Positions 21,761 to 33,091 of a stretch of 64,000 bases of DNA are shown here, piece by piece. The position numbers were made by a program, and so were the translations under genes. The DNA lies in the NCBI GenBank assembly GCA_047285305.1, contig JBJBDL010000003.1:1280001-1344000 (forward strand). The letters are read 5' to 3'. The stretch is from Synechococcus sp. Its GTDB lineage: Bacteria; Cyanobacteriota; Cyanobacteriia; PCC-6307; Cyanobiaceae. The notes beneath the pieces were generated by a model that saw nothing but the letters and a program-made list of their open reading frames with translations, ran no database searches and had not been told where the DNA came from. Position 1 is the stretch's first letter, and every line of letters begins with the position of its first letter.

Positions 21761-24700
21761 ATGCAGAAAACGCGGCGCAGGACCTGGTTGGTTGCGGGAG
21801 GTGTCGTTCTGGCCGGGGCAGGAGCTGCAGGCTTCATCGCCCTGGATCGTGCTGCGGAACGCGTCTTGAGCAGCATGCGCCCCAGTTTGGAGCGCTCGCT
21901 GTCGGGTCCTCTGGGCCACGACGTGGATCTTGGTCCCTACGAGGGACTTCGCCCCTTAGGCCTAGGGATCGCCATCGGGCCGAGTCGGATCTTGCCGTCG
22001 GCGGCGGATCGTTCTGAGCTCAGCCTGGCGGGGCTGGAGGTGAGCCTTGCTCCCATAGCGAGTCTTCGGCGTCTGCAACCGGTTCTGCAGATCACAGTGC
22101 ACAAGCTGCGCGGTCAGTTGCAGGCCAATGAGGCTGGTCGTTACTGGACCTTTGGGCCACTGAGCGGCGACGGCGCCCTGCCGCGACTTGGCGTGCAGTA
22201 CCGGTTGGCCGATCCTGCACTGCTCCGTTTCGGTCCTCAGCAGCAGACCCTTGAACTCCGCAGTCGGGGGGCAGTTCGTCTCGGGGAGGCTTTTTTCAGC
22301 ACCGCATCGGAACTTCGCTGGCTCGACGCTGAAGGGGTGCTGCGGCTCGATGGACAAGGGCATTGGGATCGCCCTCGCTTCAGGCTTCGAACGCGGCTGG
22401 ATCGGCTCAACCTGAAACCTTTTGGGGCCGTCATTGCCCCTGCTCAGGATCTGGATGCCTCTGGGACGTTGGAGGGAGATGTTCAGATCGGCTGGGCCGA
22501 TGGGTCGCTGAACTGCCGAGGTGGGCTCAGTCTCAAGCGTCTCGAACTTGCTGCGCTGAACAGCAATCGCCTCAGCTTCGCTTGCAAGGGCGATCAACTC
22601 AAGTTGCAGCCCGCAACACTGCGTTTCGGAGCCTTTGAGGCTCGGGCCTCAGGGTCTGTTGCCTTGAACAAGAGCTTTGATCTCCTGGCTGACGTTCGCC
22701 GCACAGACCTCAGCTCTGCAAGCCAGGACCGGTTGAAGCTCAGGATCCAGGGGCCCTGGGCTGAGCCCCGGTGGAGTGCCGATGGTGAGATCCAGCTGGC
22801 TGAGTCCACAGGGCTCAACACAGCCCTGACGCTGGACTCTCAGTGGCGCATCCCCTGGCTGCAAGACCAGCAACCGTCTGTTGCCGTGGACAGACTCCGC
22901 CTCAGTGCCCCGGGACTGCGCTTCGGGCTGGCCGGGACGATTGGATCCCAACTGGATCTGCGCAGCACGGAGCTGCACATCGATCCCCGCTTCTGGTCTG
23001 CGCTGCCGACCCTGCAGGCCGGACTGGGCCAAACCGCTCCGATACTTGGAACCGTCGACGTCAGTGGTGCGTTGGCGTCACCGGAGCTGAGCCTGAAGCT
23101 TGGCCAGGCGTCCAACCCTTTGCTGGACGAATGGTCGTTTCAGACCCGATGGTCCTCGGAGGATTCCGCCCTGGTGCTGGATCACTTCACCAGTCCGCTG
23201 TTGCGGGCGGAAGCGCGCCTTCCTTTGCAACTGGCGAAGGGGCGGTTGGAAACCGGTGAACTTCAGAGCGGCTTTGAACTTCAACCTTTCAGCCTGAGCC
23301 GTTTCACCCCCTTGATCGGTTCGGCGCTGGGCGGGCAGGTGGCGGCGCGGGGTCGCGTTGATGGTCCCCTGTCGGGGCTTCAGCCCGATATCAGCCTGAT
23401 GCTGAATCAACCCCGCGTTGGTGCCTTGCAGGTTCCCGAACGCTGGCAAGGCAGCCTCAATGGTGAACTGGGCCGTGGTGCTCGTCTGGCGATGGTGGCT
23501 CAGCAGCCTGCCGTGCCAGGCACGCTTGTGGCTGAACTCGATGCCGATGCTTGGCCCAAGACCGTGCTCTTGCGCCGGGGTGAGGGGCAGTTGCGCTTGC
23601 ACGAGCTGGTTTCGGCTGGAGAGCAACGCCGTTACCGCTGGCGTGCAGCGGACCTCAACATCGATGGACTTCGTTTCATCTTTCCGCCGGTCAACCAGCC
23701 CAAAGCGGTGGCAGGTCAGCTCTCGGGTGCAGGGAGGCTTGCCATGGGTTCCCTCGCGATCCGTGGGTCTGCCGCCATTACGGAAGCCTCGATGGCGGGG
23801 GTTGCCGTCCAGAGCCTCGAGTTGGAGGGTTCCCTCGGGGATGGGCGTTTTCAGGCCAATGCAGCACTGACGCCCTTGCAGGGCAGCATTCGGCTGAAGG
23901 CCCGTGGCGACCTGGGTGGCCGGATGCACAGCGGCATCCAGGCCGAAGGCCTGGATGTGACATGGCTGACGCTTCTGGCTCGTCAGTTGAGAGGGAGCGC
24001 CCCTTACCCGGGCCTTGCCCCCGGCCGTGCCGAGGATCTCGGAACCCTTTTGATCAATTCCTTTGGTGGATCGCTCGATGGTCAGTTGCGAGCTTTGGCC
24101 GAATCGCGCCGGGCGCTCGAGGCCTATGCCCTGGCCCACCCCCGCAAGGGCCCAGAGCTGGAGCGTCTAGAAGGAAGGGTCAATCTGTCGGGAACGATCG
24201 ATGGTCCTGGTCCAAAGCTCCTGAAGGCCAATCTGATCGCCAAGGCACATCTTTGGATTGAGGGGGATGACCAGGCCAAGGCATTACAGCTTGAGCCGAT
24301 GGTTGCCACGCTTCGCGGCCCGCTGCTCGGTGGATCCGGTGACCTCTCCTTGCTGCAGGTTCCGCTCTCTTTGCTGGCGTTGTTGGCTCCTGTGCCGCCG
24401 CAGCTCCGCGGCAGTGTTGGCCTCCGCGGCCGCTATGACCTAAGCGGAGCGGCTCCACTGTTGGTTGCCGATCTAGTGCTCGACTCCGCCAGCCTGGCGG
24501 GCCAGCCCCTGCAGTTAAAGCAGCGATCGGTTGTCGTTGAGCGTGAGTTGATCCGCCTGAACCTGGCCTTGAAAGGAGGCGAGAGCGAGGAAGCCGTCTC
24601 CGTGTCCGGCACGGTGCCCTTCAACCCCGATTCGAATTTGAATCTGAGGCTGGAAAGCCATGGGGATGCCCTTGGAGTGTTGACGCTTCTCGCCGGGGAT

Positions 24701-26209
24701 TCCTTGAGCGTGAAGTGGGGGAGCACCAATCTGCGGCTGTTGCTGCGCGGGCCGTTGAACCAACCCCAAGCCAATGGCTTTTTGGTGGTCAGTGATGGAG
24801 ATCTCAGCATCGGTGAACAGGAGCTGAGTCATATCAACGCCTCGATCCTGTTCGATTTCGATCGCGTCTTGGTGCAACGTCTGGAGGCCGAAGTGGGCCG
24901 TGGCGGCTCGCTGCGCGGTTCAGGAACACTTGGCTTGTTCACCCCCCACAGCGGGGCTTCACCGCTCATCCTGCAACTCAGCCAAGGTCAGATTCGTCAT
25001 CCGATCGTGCAGTTCCAGGCTGATGGCGAACTGCAGGTCGCCGGTGCTCTCGTCCAACCTGTCCTCTCCGGAGACCTGACCCTGTCGAGAGGCACATATC
25101 GGCCTCAATCTGGTTCATTCGGAAGTGCTCGGAGAAGGCAACCTCAAGGATTGGTCCCCGGCGTTGATAAGGGTCCCTCCGCTGCGGTGCAGTCAGATAC
25201 TCAATCGTTCAAAACCCTTCTTGAGGAGGAGTGGGATTTCAAGGAACCTCTGGTCCTGATGGGACCCAACACACCCATCCAGGAGCCAGATCAGCCGCAA
25301 CGGTTCATGCCAACGCTGCCCGCCATCCGCTTTGAGAACCTTCGGCTAGCCCTCGGGCCGGACACCAGGGTGCTGATGCCCACAATCAGTTTCAAAGGGG
25401 GTGGAGTGGTGACGTTGAATGGCCCCCTGGACCCTTCTCTGCAGGCAAGAGGAGTGATCCGGCTCAATTCCGGCAGCGTCTGGATTCCCCCTCTCGCGCC
25501 CCTCCGTTTGGATCCGCAGGAGGAGAACGTTGCGGTGTTCGCGCCCTCCTTGGGGCTTGTCCCCTTTGTAGATATTGCTATGCAAGCCAGGGTCTCTGAC
25601 ACCGTCAGCGCGGGCAACAGCGATCAGCTCACTAGCACCAACCTCTTTGCTTCAAATGGCACTGGCAGCACCTTTGCCGGGGTTGGTCAGCTCCGGCTGG
25701 TGAAAGTCATGGTCCAGGCCACAGGCCCGGCCAACCGTTTGGGTGACAGCAACAATCTTGTTTTACGCAGCTCACCACCGATGAGCGAGCAGCGACTACT
25801 GGGTTTGATCGGTGGCAATTCCCTGGCTTCTCTAGGCAGTACTGGTGGTGCCGCGTTGGCCACGATGCTGAGCCAGTCGCTGCTCTCCCCTGTCCTTGGC
25901 ACCTTGACCGATCCCTTGGGACAACGGCTGCAGGTGGCGATTTTTCCGACGTATGTCAATCCTGAGGTGAAATCAGAGGAGCGCACCTCCGGCAACGTTT
26001 CCCCGACACTGACATTGGTGACTGAGTTTGGCGTGGCATTGACCGACAAACTCAGCCTCTCTTTATTGATGGCACCGAACACAACCGATGTTGATGTTCC
26101 TCCACAAGGAACTGTCTCCTATCGGCTAACACCAACGACTTCTGTGTCTTCGTCGATGGATGCCAATGGCACCTGGCAGAGCCAGTTGCAGGTGTTCTTC
26201 CGGTTCTGA
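21761..26209 (+). CDS. tamB: Translocation/assembly module TamB (DUF490) family protein
   Basis: 1482 aa, N-terminal anchor, beta-rich repeats, C-terminal LRSSPPMSE..L and terminal QVFFRF. Confidence 0.85.
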   Translation: MQKTRRRTWLVAGGVVLAGAGAAGFIALDRAAERVLSSMRPSLERSLSGPLGHDVDLGPYEGLRPLGLGIAIGPSRILPSAADRSELSLAGLEVSLAPIASLRRLQPVLQITVHKLRGQLQANEAGRYWTFGPLSGDGALPRLGVQYRLADPALLRFGPQQQTLELRSRGAVRLGEAFFSTASELRWLDAEGVLRLDGQGHWDRPRFRLRTRLDRLNLKPFGAVIAPAQDLDASGTLEGDVQIGWADGSLNCRGGLSLKRLELAALNSNRLSFACKGDQLKLQPATLRFGAFEARASGSVALNKSFDLLADVRRTDLSSASQDRLKLRIQGPWAEPRWSADGEIQLAESTGLNTALTLDSQWRIPWLQDQQPSVAVDRLRLSAPGLRFGLAGTIGSQLDLRSTELHIDPRFWSALPTLQAGLGQTAPILGTVDVSGALASPELSLKLGQASNPLLDEWSFQTRWSSEDSALVLDHFTSPLLRAEARLPLQLAKGRLETGELQSGFELQPFSLSRFTPLIGSALGGQVAARGRVDGPLSGLQPDISLMLNQPRVGALQVPERWQGSLNGELGRGARLAMVAQQPAVPGTLVAELDADAWPKTVLLRRGEGQLRLHELVSAGEQRRYRWRAADLNIDGLRFIFPPVNQPKAVAGQLSGAGRLAMGSLAIRGSAAITEASMAGVAVQSLELEGSLGDGRFQANAALTPLQGSIRLKARGDLGGRMHSGIQAEGLDVTWLTLLARQLRGSAPYPGLAPGRAEDLGTLLINSFGGSLDGQLRALAESRRALEAYALAHPRKGPELERLEGRVNLSGTIDGPGPKLLKANLIAKAHLWIEGDDQAKALQLEPMVATLRGPLLGGSGDLSLLQVPLSLLALLAPVPPQLRGSVGLRGRYDLSGAAPLLVADLVLDSASLAGQPLQLKQRSVVVERELIRLNLALKGGESEEAVSVSGTVPFNPDSNLNLRLESHGDALGVLTLLAGDSLSVKWGSTNLRLLLRGPLNQPQANGFLVVSDGDLSIGEQELSHINASILFDFDRVLVQRLEAEVGRGGSLRGSGTLGLFTPHSGASPLILQLSQGQIRHPIVQFQADGELQVAGALVQPVLSGDLTLSRGTYRPQSGSFGSARRRQPQGLVPGVDKGPSAAVQSDTQSFKTLLEEEWDFKEPLVLMGPNTPIQEPDQPQRFMPTLPAIRFENLRLALGPDTRVLMPTISFKGGGVVTLNGPLDPSLQARGVIRLNSGSVWIPPLAPLRLDPQEENVAVFAPSLGLVPFVDIAMQARVSDTVSAGNSDQLTSTNLFASNGTGSTFAGVGQLRLVKVMVQATGPANRLGDSNNLVLRSSPPMSEQRLLGLIGGNSLASLGSTGGAALATMLSQSLLSPVLGTLTDPLGQRLQVAIFPTYVNPEVKSEERTSGNVSPTLTLVTEFGVALTDKLSLSLLMAPNTTDVDVPPQGTVSYRLTPTTSVSSSMDANGTWQSQLQVFFRF

Positions 26210-26212
26210 GCC

Positions 26213-27121
26213 ATGCCTACCGCGCAGGTGATTGGAGTGGATCTCGGGGGCACGGCGATCAAGCTGGCTCGGATTCGTGCTGATGGAACGGTGCTGGCGG
26301 AGGCGCAATGGCCCACACCCCAGCCAGCCGTACCTGGCGCCGTGACGATGGCCCTGTGTGAAGCCATTGAACAGATTGATCCTGAGCATGCGGCTGAGGC
26401 GGTCGGCATCGGCCTCCCCGGTCCAATGGATGCGGCGGCTCGGGTGGCCCGGGTTTGCATCAACCTGCCCGGTTGGGAGGACGTGCCGCTGGCAGATTGG
26501 CTGGAGTCCAGGCTCAACCGCCGGGTTACCCTCGCCAATGACGGCAACTGTGCGGTGGTTGGTGAGGCCTGGCTCGGCGCAGCCCGTGGTGTTGATGATG
26601 TGGTGCTGCTGACCCTCGGAACCGGGGTTGGAGGGGGGGTGCTTCTAAGGGGTGAGCTATTTACTGGCCATAACGGCGCTGCAGCGGAACCCGGTCTGAT
26701 AGGGGTTCAGCCCGACGGTCCGGCCTGTAACAGCGGTAACCGTGGCTCCCTGGAGCAGTTCGCCAGCATCACCGGCCTGCGGCGGTTGTGTGATCGCGAT
26801 CCCCGCGAGCTCAGTGCAGAGGCCGATGGTGGTGATCCGGAGGCCCTGGGAGTTTGGAGCCGTTACGGCCAGCACTTGGGCTGTGGCATTGCTTCGCTGG
26901 TGTATGTGTTCACGCCGCAGTTGGTGTTGCTGGGTGGCGGTCTGGCGGGTGCCGCCCGCCACTTTTTGCCAGCGGTGCGCCGCGAGGTTGAGTCGCGGGT
27001 TCAGGCCGTCTCAAGGGAGGGATTGCGGATCGAAGCCTCCTGCCTGGGGAACGGCGCTGGACGCCTGGGGGCTGCGCGGCTCGCTCTACAGCGGCTGAAC
27101 GGGATGATGGCTCAAGATTGA
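26213..27121 (+). CDS. ROK family sugar kinase
   Basis: [31 protein letters not shown]. Confidence 0.92.
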   Translation: MPTAQVIGVDLGGTAIKLARIRADGTVLAEAQWPTPQPAVPGAVTMALCEAIEQIDPEHAAEAVGIGLPGPMDAAARVARVCINLPGWEDVPLADWLESRLNRRVTLANDGNCAVVGEAWLGAARGVDDVVLLTLGTGVGGGVLLRGELFTGHNGAAAEPGLIGVQPDGPACNSGNRGSLEQFASITGLRRLCDRDPRELSAEADGGDPEALGVWSRYGQHLGCGIASLVYVFTPQLVLLGGGLAGAARHFLPAVRREVESRVQAVSREGLRIEASCLGNGAGRLGAARLALQRLNGMMAQD

Positions 27122-27129
27122 TCACCTTG

Positions 27130-28437
27130 ATGTCCAGCGTTCCAGAGCCTTCTACTGCGTTGCTGCAGCGTGCCGCGGCTGTCCGCCGTGCTGCTGTTGA
27201 TCTGGGGCAGACCGATGACGATCAAAGAGCCCAGGCGCTTCAGGCGATGGCGGACGCGCTGACCGACCGTGCGGAAAGCATCCTCGCGGCCAACCGTGAA
27301 GACCTTCAACGCTCTGCAGCCGAGGGGTTGGCGCCGGCTCTGATGGCGCGGCTGAAGCTGGATAACACCAAGTTGGCGGCGGCCATTGATGGCGTCCGCA
27401 AGGTGGCCAGCCTGAGTGACCCGCTGGGTTGTCGTCAGTTGCATCGGGAGCTGGATCAGGGCCTGGTGCTGGAACGGGTCTCCGTTCCGCTTGGGGTGGT
27501 GGGTGTGATCTTTGAAGCCAGGCCGGATGCGGTGATGCAGATCGCCTCGCTGGCGATCCGTTCGGGCAACGGTGCTCTGTTGAAAGGGGGCAGTGAGGCT
27601 CGCTGCACCAATGAGGCTGTGATGGATGCCCTGCAGGCAGGCCTGGCTGCCAGTCCGGTGTCTGCCGATGCCCTGGCTCTGCTCACCACCCGTCAAGAAA
27701 GCCTGGCCTTGTTGCGTCTCGATGGCCTCGTGGACCTGATCATTCCCAGGGGAAGCAACGAACTTGTGCGCTTCATCCAGGACAACACCCGCATCCCGGT
27801 GCTGGGCCATGCCGATGGGGTGTGCCACCTCTACGTGGATGCTGCGGCCGACGTCGACAAAGCCGTTCGGGTGGCGGTGGACAGCAAGAGCCAGTACCCC
27901 GCCGCCTGCAACGCCATTGAGACCTTGTTGGTGCACCGCTCGATTGCGCAGCCTTTTTTCGCCGCTGCGCTGCCGGCCTTCGCTGCCGCCGGGGTGCAGC
28001 TGCGTGGCGATGCCGAGAGCGTGGCCCTTGGCGTGGCGGAAGCGGCTACGGAGGAGGACTGGAGCATGGAGTATCTGGATCTGATCTTGGCGGTGAAGCT
28101 GGTGGACGATCTCGAGGCAGCCACCGATCACATTCGCTCTTATGGCTCGCGTCACACCGAAGTGATCCTGACGGAGGATGCCCAGGCTGCTGATCGTTTC
28201 CTCGCGGTGGTAGATAGCGCAGGGGTGTATCAGAACTGCTCCAGCCGCTTCGCCGATGGGTTCCGTTATGGATTCGGCGCTGAGGTGGGCATCAGCACCC
28301 AGACCCTGCCGCCCCGCGGACCCGTTGGTCTGGAAGGGTTGGTGACTTACCGCTATCGAATGCGCGGCGAGGGCCACATCGCTGCCGACTACGCCGACGG
28401 CAGCCGCGTCTTTACCCACGTCGATCGGCCGCTCTGA
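27130..28437 (+). CDS. proA: Gamma-glutamyl phosphate reductase
   Basis: [47 protein letters not shown]. Confidence 0.96.
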   Translation: MSSVPEPSTALLQRAAAVRRAAVDLGQTDDDQRAQALQAMADALTDRAESILAANREDLQRSAAEGLAPALMARLKLDNTKLAAAIDGVRKVASLSDPLGCRQLHRELDQGLVLERVSVPLGVVGVIFEARPDAVMQIASLAIRSGNGALLKGGSEARCTNEAVMDALQAGLAASPVSADALALLTTRQESLALLRLDGLVDLIIPRGSNELVRFIQDNTRIPVLGHADGVCHLYVDAAADVDKAVRVAVDSKSQYPAACNAIETLLVHRSIAQPFFAAALPAFAAAGVQLRGDAESVALGVAEAATEEDWSMEYLDLILAVKLVDDLEAATDHIRSYGSRHTEVILTEDAQAADRFLAVVDSAGVYQNCSSRFADGFRYGFGAEVGISTQTLPPRGPVGLEGLVTYRYRMRGEGHIAADYADGSRVFTHVDRPL

Positions 28438-28808
28438 TGGATTGCATCGGTGTGAGGGACCTGCGGTTGTGGGCCCATGTCGGGGTGTTGGAACACGAAC
28501 GTCGGGATGGCCAATGGTTCAGCCTTGATTTCAGTGTTCAGCTTGATCTGAAATCTGCTGCCGTAGCCGACGACCTGAGCCGGAGCCTGGACTACGGCGT
28601 GGCAATTCAGGCACTGCAAAGCTTGTCCCAGCAGGTTCGTTGCCTCACGATCGAGCACTTCAGCGAGCAGATGCTGGATCGGCTGGAAACGCTGTACGGG
28701 CCCATTCCGGTCTGGCTGCGATTGGCCAAATGTGCTGCACCGGTTCCAGGATTTAACGGCCGCGTGTTCGTGGAACGCTCCCGCCATGGCGGCAGATCAG
28801 CCCTGTGA
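28437..28808 (+). CDS. folB: Dihydroneopterin aldolase
   Basis: HVGVLEHERRDGQWF, DDLSRSLDY, TIE, K..APV. Confidence 0.9.
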   Translation: MDCIGVRDLRLWAHVGVLEHERRDGQWFSLDFSVQLDLKSAAVADDLSRSLDYGVAIQALQSLSQQVRCLTIEHFSEQMLDRLETLYGPIPVWLRLAKCAAPVPGFNGRVFVERSRHGGRSAL

Positions 28809-29392
28809 GCATCCCGTTGGTGCTGGTCCATGGTCTCTGGGACACGCCTCGCCTGTTTCATCGATTGATTCAGGGGTTGGACCAGCCCGATCGCCAGCTG
28901 TTGGCGCCGCATCTGCCCCATGGTCTGGGTTGGATTCCCCTGCGGCAGCTGGCCTCTCGCCTGGATCAGCACATTCAGCAGCGCTTTGGTGCCGACACCA
29001 AGGTCGATCTTCTGGGTTTTTCGATGGGGGGCGTAATCGGCAGGATCTGGCTGCAGGAACTGGGGGGGGTGCAGCGCACCCGGCGCTTCTTCAGCGTGGG
29101 CAGCCCGCAGCAGGGCACCCTGGCTGCTCAGATGATTCCCCGCCCGCTCCTGGCCGGTGCGGCAGATATGAAAGTGGGAAGTCGCCTGCTGCGCGAGCTG
29201 AATCTCCAACCCGATGCCCTTGCTGGGGTCGAGTGCTCAAGTTTCTTTTGCCGCTGGGATCTGATGGTCTGCCCCGGCTGGAGGGCCGTTCTGCCCTTGG
29301 GCCGGTGTGAGGAAATCCCGGTCTGGACCCATCAGCAACTGATCAGCCACCCCGCCGCAATTCGACGGCTCTGCAGCTGCTTGCGCGCCTGA
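28805..29392 (+). CDS. Lipase/esterase (alpha/beta hydrolase)
   Basis: LVHGLWD, GFSMGG, GSPQQGT, DLMV, H. Confidence 0.88.
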   Translation: MSIPLVLVHGLWDTPRLFHRLIQGLDQPDRQLLAPHLPHGLGWIPLRQLASRLDQHIQQRFGADTKVDLLGFSMGGVIGRIWLQELGGVQRTRRFFSVGSPQQGTLAAQMIPRPLLAGAADMKVGSRLLRELNLQPDALAGVECSSFFCRWDLMVCPGWRAVLPLGRCEEIPVWTHQQLISHPAAIRRLCSCLRA

Positions 29393-29394
29393 GC

Positions 29395-31497
29395 TCAGGC
29401 CGCGGCCACCAGGCCGGAATGGCGAATCAGGGCTTCGGTGCTGGCAGGACGGCCTCGGAAGGCTTCAAACACCTCTGCTGGGGAGCGGCTGCCACCGAGG
29501 CTGAGCACAGTGTCTCGGAATCGGGCTCCCGTTGCACGAACCTGATCCTCCTGATCCAGACCCACCTCTTCAAAAGCGGAGAAGGCATCTGCGCTGAGCA
29601 CCTCAGCCCACTTGTAGGAGTAGTACCCAGCGGAGTAGCCCCCCGCGAAGATGTGGCCGAAGGCGCAGAGGAACTGATCCTCCGGGATGGGATCCATCAC
29701 CGTGGTGGTGGCGGCGATCTCACGGCGCAGTCCGTCTGGGCTGAGACCAAGTTCCGGGGTCCACTGGCTGTGGAGACGAAGGTCACTCAGGGCAAAGTGA
29801 ACCTGCCGCAGGGTGGCGAGGCCTGCATTGAAGGTGCGGCTGCTGCGCAGCTTGTTGAATTCCGACTCAGGCAGGGGTTCACCGGTTTGCCAGTGGCACG
29901 CCATGCCCATCAAGGTGGCGTGATCAAGGCACCAGTTCTCCATGAACTGGCTAGGGAGTTCCACTGCATCCCATTCCACGTTGCTGATGCCGGCGGCTTC
30001 CGGTTCCTCAACGGTGGTGAGCATGTGCTGGAGCCCATGGCCGAATTCATGGAAGAGGGTCTCCACTTCCTCGAAGCTCATCAGGCTGGGCGTGTCGCCC
30101 ACAGGTGGGGTCTGGTTGCAGACCAGGTAGGCCACCGGCAGCACCACAGAGCCATCGGGTTTCTTGCTCAGGCCTAGGCATTCATCCATCCAGGCTCCAC
30201 CGCGTTTGCTGGCGGGCCTGCTGTAGGGGTCAAGGTAGAAGCCGGCAATCGGTGTGCCATCGGACCGCTTCACCCGGAAGAAGCGCACGTCGTCGTTCCA
30301 AGTCGGTGCCTCGCCGTCGGCGGCAACGATCTCGACGTCGAACAGACGAGTACAAAGGGTGAACAGGCCTTCGAGCACCTGAGGCAGCGGGAACCAAGGA
30401 CGCAGCGCTTCTTGGTCCAGATCGAACCGGGATTGGCGCAACTTCTCCGACCAGTAGGCGATGTCCCAGGGAGCCAGCTCATCGGCTTCGGGGGCCCTGT
30501 GCTCCCTGGCGATGGCTTGGAGATCTCGCAGCTCTTGTTCAGCTGCTGGGTATGCCGCAGCGCGCAGTTCTTCCAGCAGTGCTTCCACCGCCGGAACATC
30601 GTCGGCCATCTTGGCGCTGAGGCTGAGGTCAGCCCAATGGTCATAGCCCAGCCGAGACGCTTGCTCGCGCCTCAGGGTCAGGATCTCCTCGATCAGTGCC
30701 TGGTTGTTGAGTTCGCCTTCACTGGCCCGACCCACATGGGCGCGATAGGCCTTTTCCCGCAGGGATCGGTTGTTGGCGTGGGTGAGGAAGGGCAGGTAGC
30801 GGGGCATGTCCAGTCCCAGCAACCACGGGCCGCACTCCGCAGACGCATCAGCATCCCCTGCTTCACGCGCTGCGGCGGCTAGTGCCTCCAAGGCCCGTTG
30901 CGGCAGGCCTTCCACCTCGTGGGGCTGGCTCAGCTTCAAGGTCCACTGCTGCGTGGCATCGAGCACGTGGTTGCCGAACTGGGTGGAGAGAGCGGCCAGG
31001 CGTTCACTGGTGCTGTTGAAGGCTGCTTTTTCATCCCCACTGAGGCCAACACCGCGTTGCTGCATCGAGAGCAGTTCTGATTTCAGAATCCGCTTCTGGG
31101 TTGGGGTGAGCGGTTCGGAGGGATCGCTTTGGAGGGCCATCAAGGCCCGATGAAGAATCTGGCTTTGGCCAAGGCGGTTGCTGAGGCGCACAACATCGGG
31201 TTGCTGGGCGGCATGGGCATCGCGCAGCTCAGCGGAATTGCAGACGCCATTGAGGTGTGACACCACACCCCAGCTCCAACGCAGCCGTTCGCCGATGGCC
31301 TGCAGCGGTTGCATCACCCGATCCCAGGACAGCTTCGAGGATCCTGTGAGGGCTGACTCAAGAGCCTGCTCGAGCGCAGTGAAGTCCTGATCCAGCTGTG
31401 CGAGCAAAAACGGGATGTCTGTGCTGATGAGCTCAGGGGAAATGGCCCGGAACTCGGGAAGCCCTTGGCCGCGCAGGAGGGGGGAAATAGTCGACAT
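29395..31497 (-). CDS. prlC: Oligopeptidase A (M3 family)
   Basis: FHEFGHGLQH, K.GGAWM, WDAVELPSQFMENW, YSAGYYSYKWAEV. Confidence 0.95.
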   Translation of the reverse strand: MSTISPLLRGQGLPEFRAISPELISTDIPFLLAQLDQDFTALEQALESALTGSSKLSWDRVMQPLQAIGERLRWSWGVVSHLNGVCNSAELRDAHAAQQPDVVRLSNRLGQSQILHRALMALQSDPSEPLTPTQKRILKSELLSMQQRGVGLSGDEKAAFNSTSERLAALSTQFGNHVLDATQQWTLKLSQPHEVEGLPQRALEALAAAAREAGDADASAECGPWLLGLDMPRYLPFLTHANNRSLREKAYRAHVGRASEGELNNQALIEEILTLRREQASRLGYDHWADLSLSAKMADDVPAVEALLEELRAAAYPAAEQELRDLQAIAREHRAPEADELAPWDIAYWSEKLRQSRFDLDQEALRPWFPLPQVLEGLFTLCTRLFDVEIVAADGEAPTWNDDVRFFRVKRSDGTPIAGFYLDPYSRPASKRGGAWMDECLGLSKKPDGSVVLPVAYLVCNQTPPVGDTPSLMSFEEVETLFHEFGHGLQHMLTTVEEPEAAGISNVEWDAVELPSQFMENWCLDHATLMGMACHWQTGEPLPESEFNKLRSSRTFNAGLATLRQVHFALSDLRLHSQWTPELGLSPDGLRREIAATTTVMDPIPEDQFLCAFGHIFAGGYSAGYYSYKWAEVLSADAFSAFEEVGLDQEDQVRATGARFRDTVLSLGGSRSPAEVFEAFRGRPASTEALIRHSGLVAAA

Positions 31498-31498
31498 C

Positions 31499-33034
31499 TC
31501 AGCTGTGAATGAACTGCAGGGCCAGAGCGTTGGTGGAAGCTTCGTAGAGGTCCATGGCAATGCGGGGCCAGATGCCGATCACCAGGGTTGGCACCAGCAG
31601 GCTCAGGCCAATCACCAGCTCCCTGGGGCGCATGTCAGCCACGCTGGCCAGCGCAGGAATCCTGGGGCCGAAGAACACCCGTCGGCACATGGAGAGCAGA
31701 TAAATCGGTGTGAGCACCAGTCCGATGGCGGCCAGCAGCACGGTGATCGATCTGAACACGGACGTGAAGGCTTCCTGGCTGGTGATGCCGAGGAACACGG
31801 TGATTTCACTGATGAAGCCACTCATGCCAGGCAGCGCCAGCGACGCCAGGGAGCTGGCAAGGAAGAAGGCAAACGTGATTGGCAGCGCCTTGGCCAGTCC
31901 GCCCATGTTGGGGATCGAAAGGGTCTTGGTTCGCTCGTAGAACACGCCCGTCACGAAGAACATCGCGGCTGCGATCAGGCCATGGCTCACCATCTGGAGC
32001 ATCGCTCCGCTGATTCCCAGGGCATCAACTGCACCGATCCCCACCAGCACAAAGCCCATATGGCTAACGGAACTGCAGGCAATCCTGCGTTTGACGTTGT
32101 CCTGGGCGAAGGCGTTGAGCGCGCCGTAAACGATGTTCACGATCCCAAGGATTACCAGGGCTGGCGCCAGGGTGGCGTGAGCTTCTGGAAGCATCTGCAC
32201 GTTGAAGCGCAGCAGGGCGTAGCCGCCCATCTTCAGTAGCACCCCGGCTAGCAGCATCGACACCGGAGCGTTTGCCTCACCGTGGGCATCGGGCAGCCAG
32301 GTATGGAGCGGGAACATCGGCAGTTTCACGCCGAAGCCAATAAGGAAACCCACGTAACACAACAGGCCGAAGCTGCCGCTGGGAGAACGAGCCGCCAGTT
32401 CCGTGATGTTGAAGGTGAACGTGTCACCGGAGAGGGCCAGTGCCAGGCCGCTGATAAGAATCAGCAGAGAGGCGAGGGCCGTGTAGAGGATGAATTTGGT
32501 CGCGGCGTACTGGCGGTTTTGTCCGCCCCAGATGGCAATCAGCAGGTAGACGGGAACAAGCTCCAGCTCCCAGGCCAGGAAGAAGAGCAGGAAGTCCTGC
32601 GAAAGAAACACCAGGCCCTGGGCCGAGGCCTGAACAAGCATCAGGGCGAAGTACAGCCGTGATTTCCGCTGAACCGACCAGCTGGCCGCCACAGACAGAA
32701 ACGTGACCAGGCCGCTGAGCACCACGAGAGGTGCTGAAAGACCATCTACACCAAGGGACCATTCGAGGCCGAGTGCTGGGAGCCAGCTCACCCGCTCCAC
32801 CAGCTGCAGCCCTTCAGTGCTGGGGTCGAAGCGGGTGGTAAACACCCCCATCATCAAAAGAAGATCGACCAGAAGGACGACCAGGGTGATGATCTTGGGT
32901 GCGGGGGATGGCTTCTGTTCGCTGCTAGGAACCAGTGGCAGCACTAGAGATGCTGCCGCCGGCAACAGCACAATCAGCGATAACCAAGGGAAGGAACTGC
33001 CCGAGACAGCAAGCTCTGCTAACCCAGCGTCCAT
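31499..33034 (-). CDS. ndhD: NAD(P)H-quinone oxidoreductase subunit 4 (NdhD paralog)
   Basis: [50 protein letters not shown]. Confidence 0.95.
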   Translation of the reverse strand: MDAGLAELAVSGSSFPWLSLIVLLPAAASLVLPLVPSSEQKPSPAPKIITLVVLLVDLLLMMGVFTTRFDPSTEGLQLVERVSWLPALGLEWSLGVDGLSAPLVVLSGLVTFLSVAASWSVQRKSRLYFALMLVQASAQGLVFLSQDFLLFFLAWELELVPVYLLIAIWGGQNRQYAATKFILYTALASLLILISGLALALSGDTFTFNITELAARSPSGSFGLLCYVGFLIGFGVKLPMFPLHTWLPDAHGEANAPVSMLLAGVLLKMGGYALLRFNVQMLPEAHATLAPALVILGIVNIVYGALNAFAQDNVKRRIACSSVSHMGFVLVGIGAVDALGISGAMLQMVSHGLIAAAMFFVTGVFYERTKTLSIPNMGGLAKALPITFAFFLASSLASLALPGMSGFISEITVFLGITSQEAFTSVFRSITVLLAAIGLVLTPIYLLSMCRRVFFGPRIPALASVADMRPRELVIGLSLLVPTLVIGIWPRIAMDLYEASTNALALQFIHS

Positions 33035-33091
33035 TCCGTGTCCGCAATCTTTAACAAAGCTAACAGGGCTGAATGCTCTATTTAGGTGGAT

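Noticed and set aside
27112..28419. 435-aa minus-strand ORF
   Set aside because: Exact antisense shadow of proA
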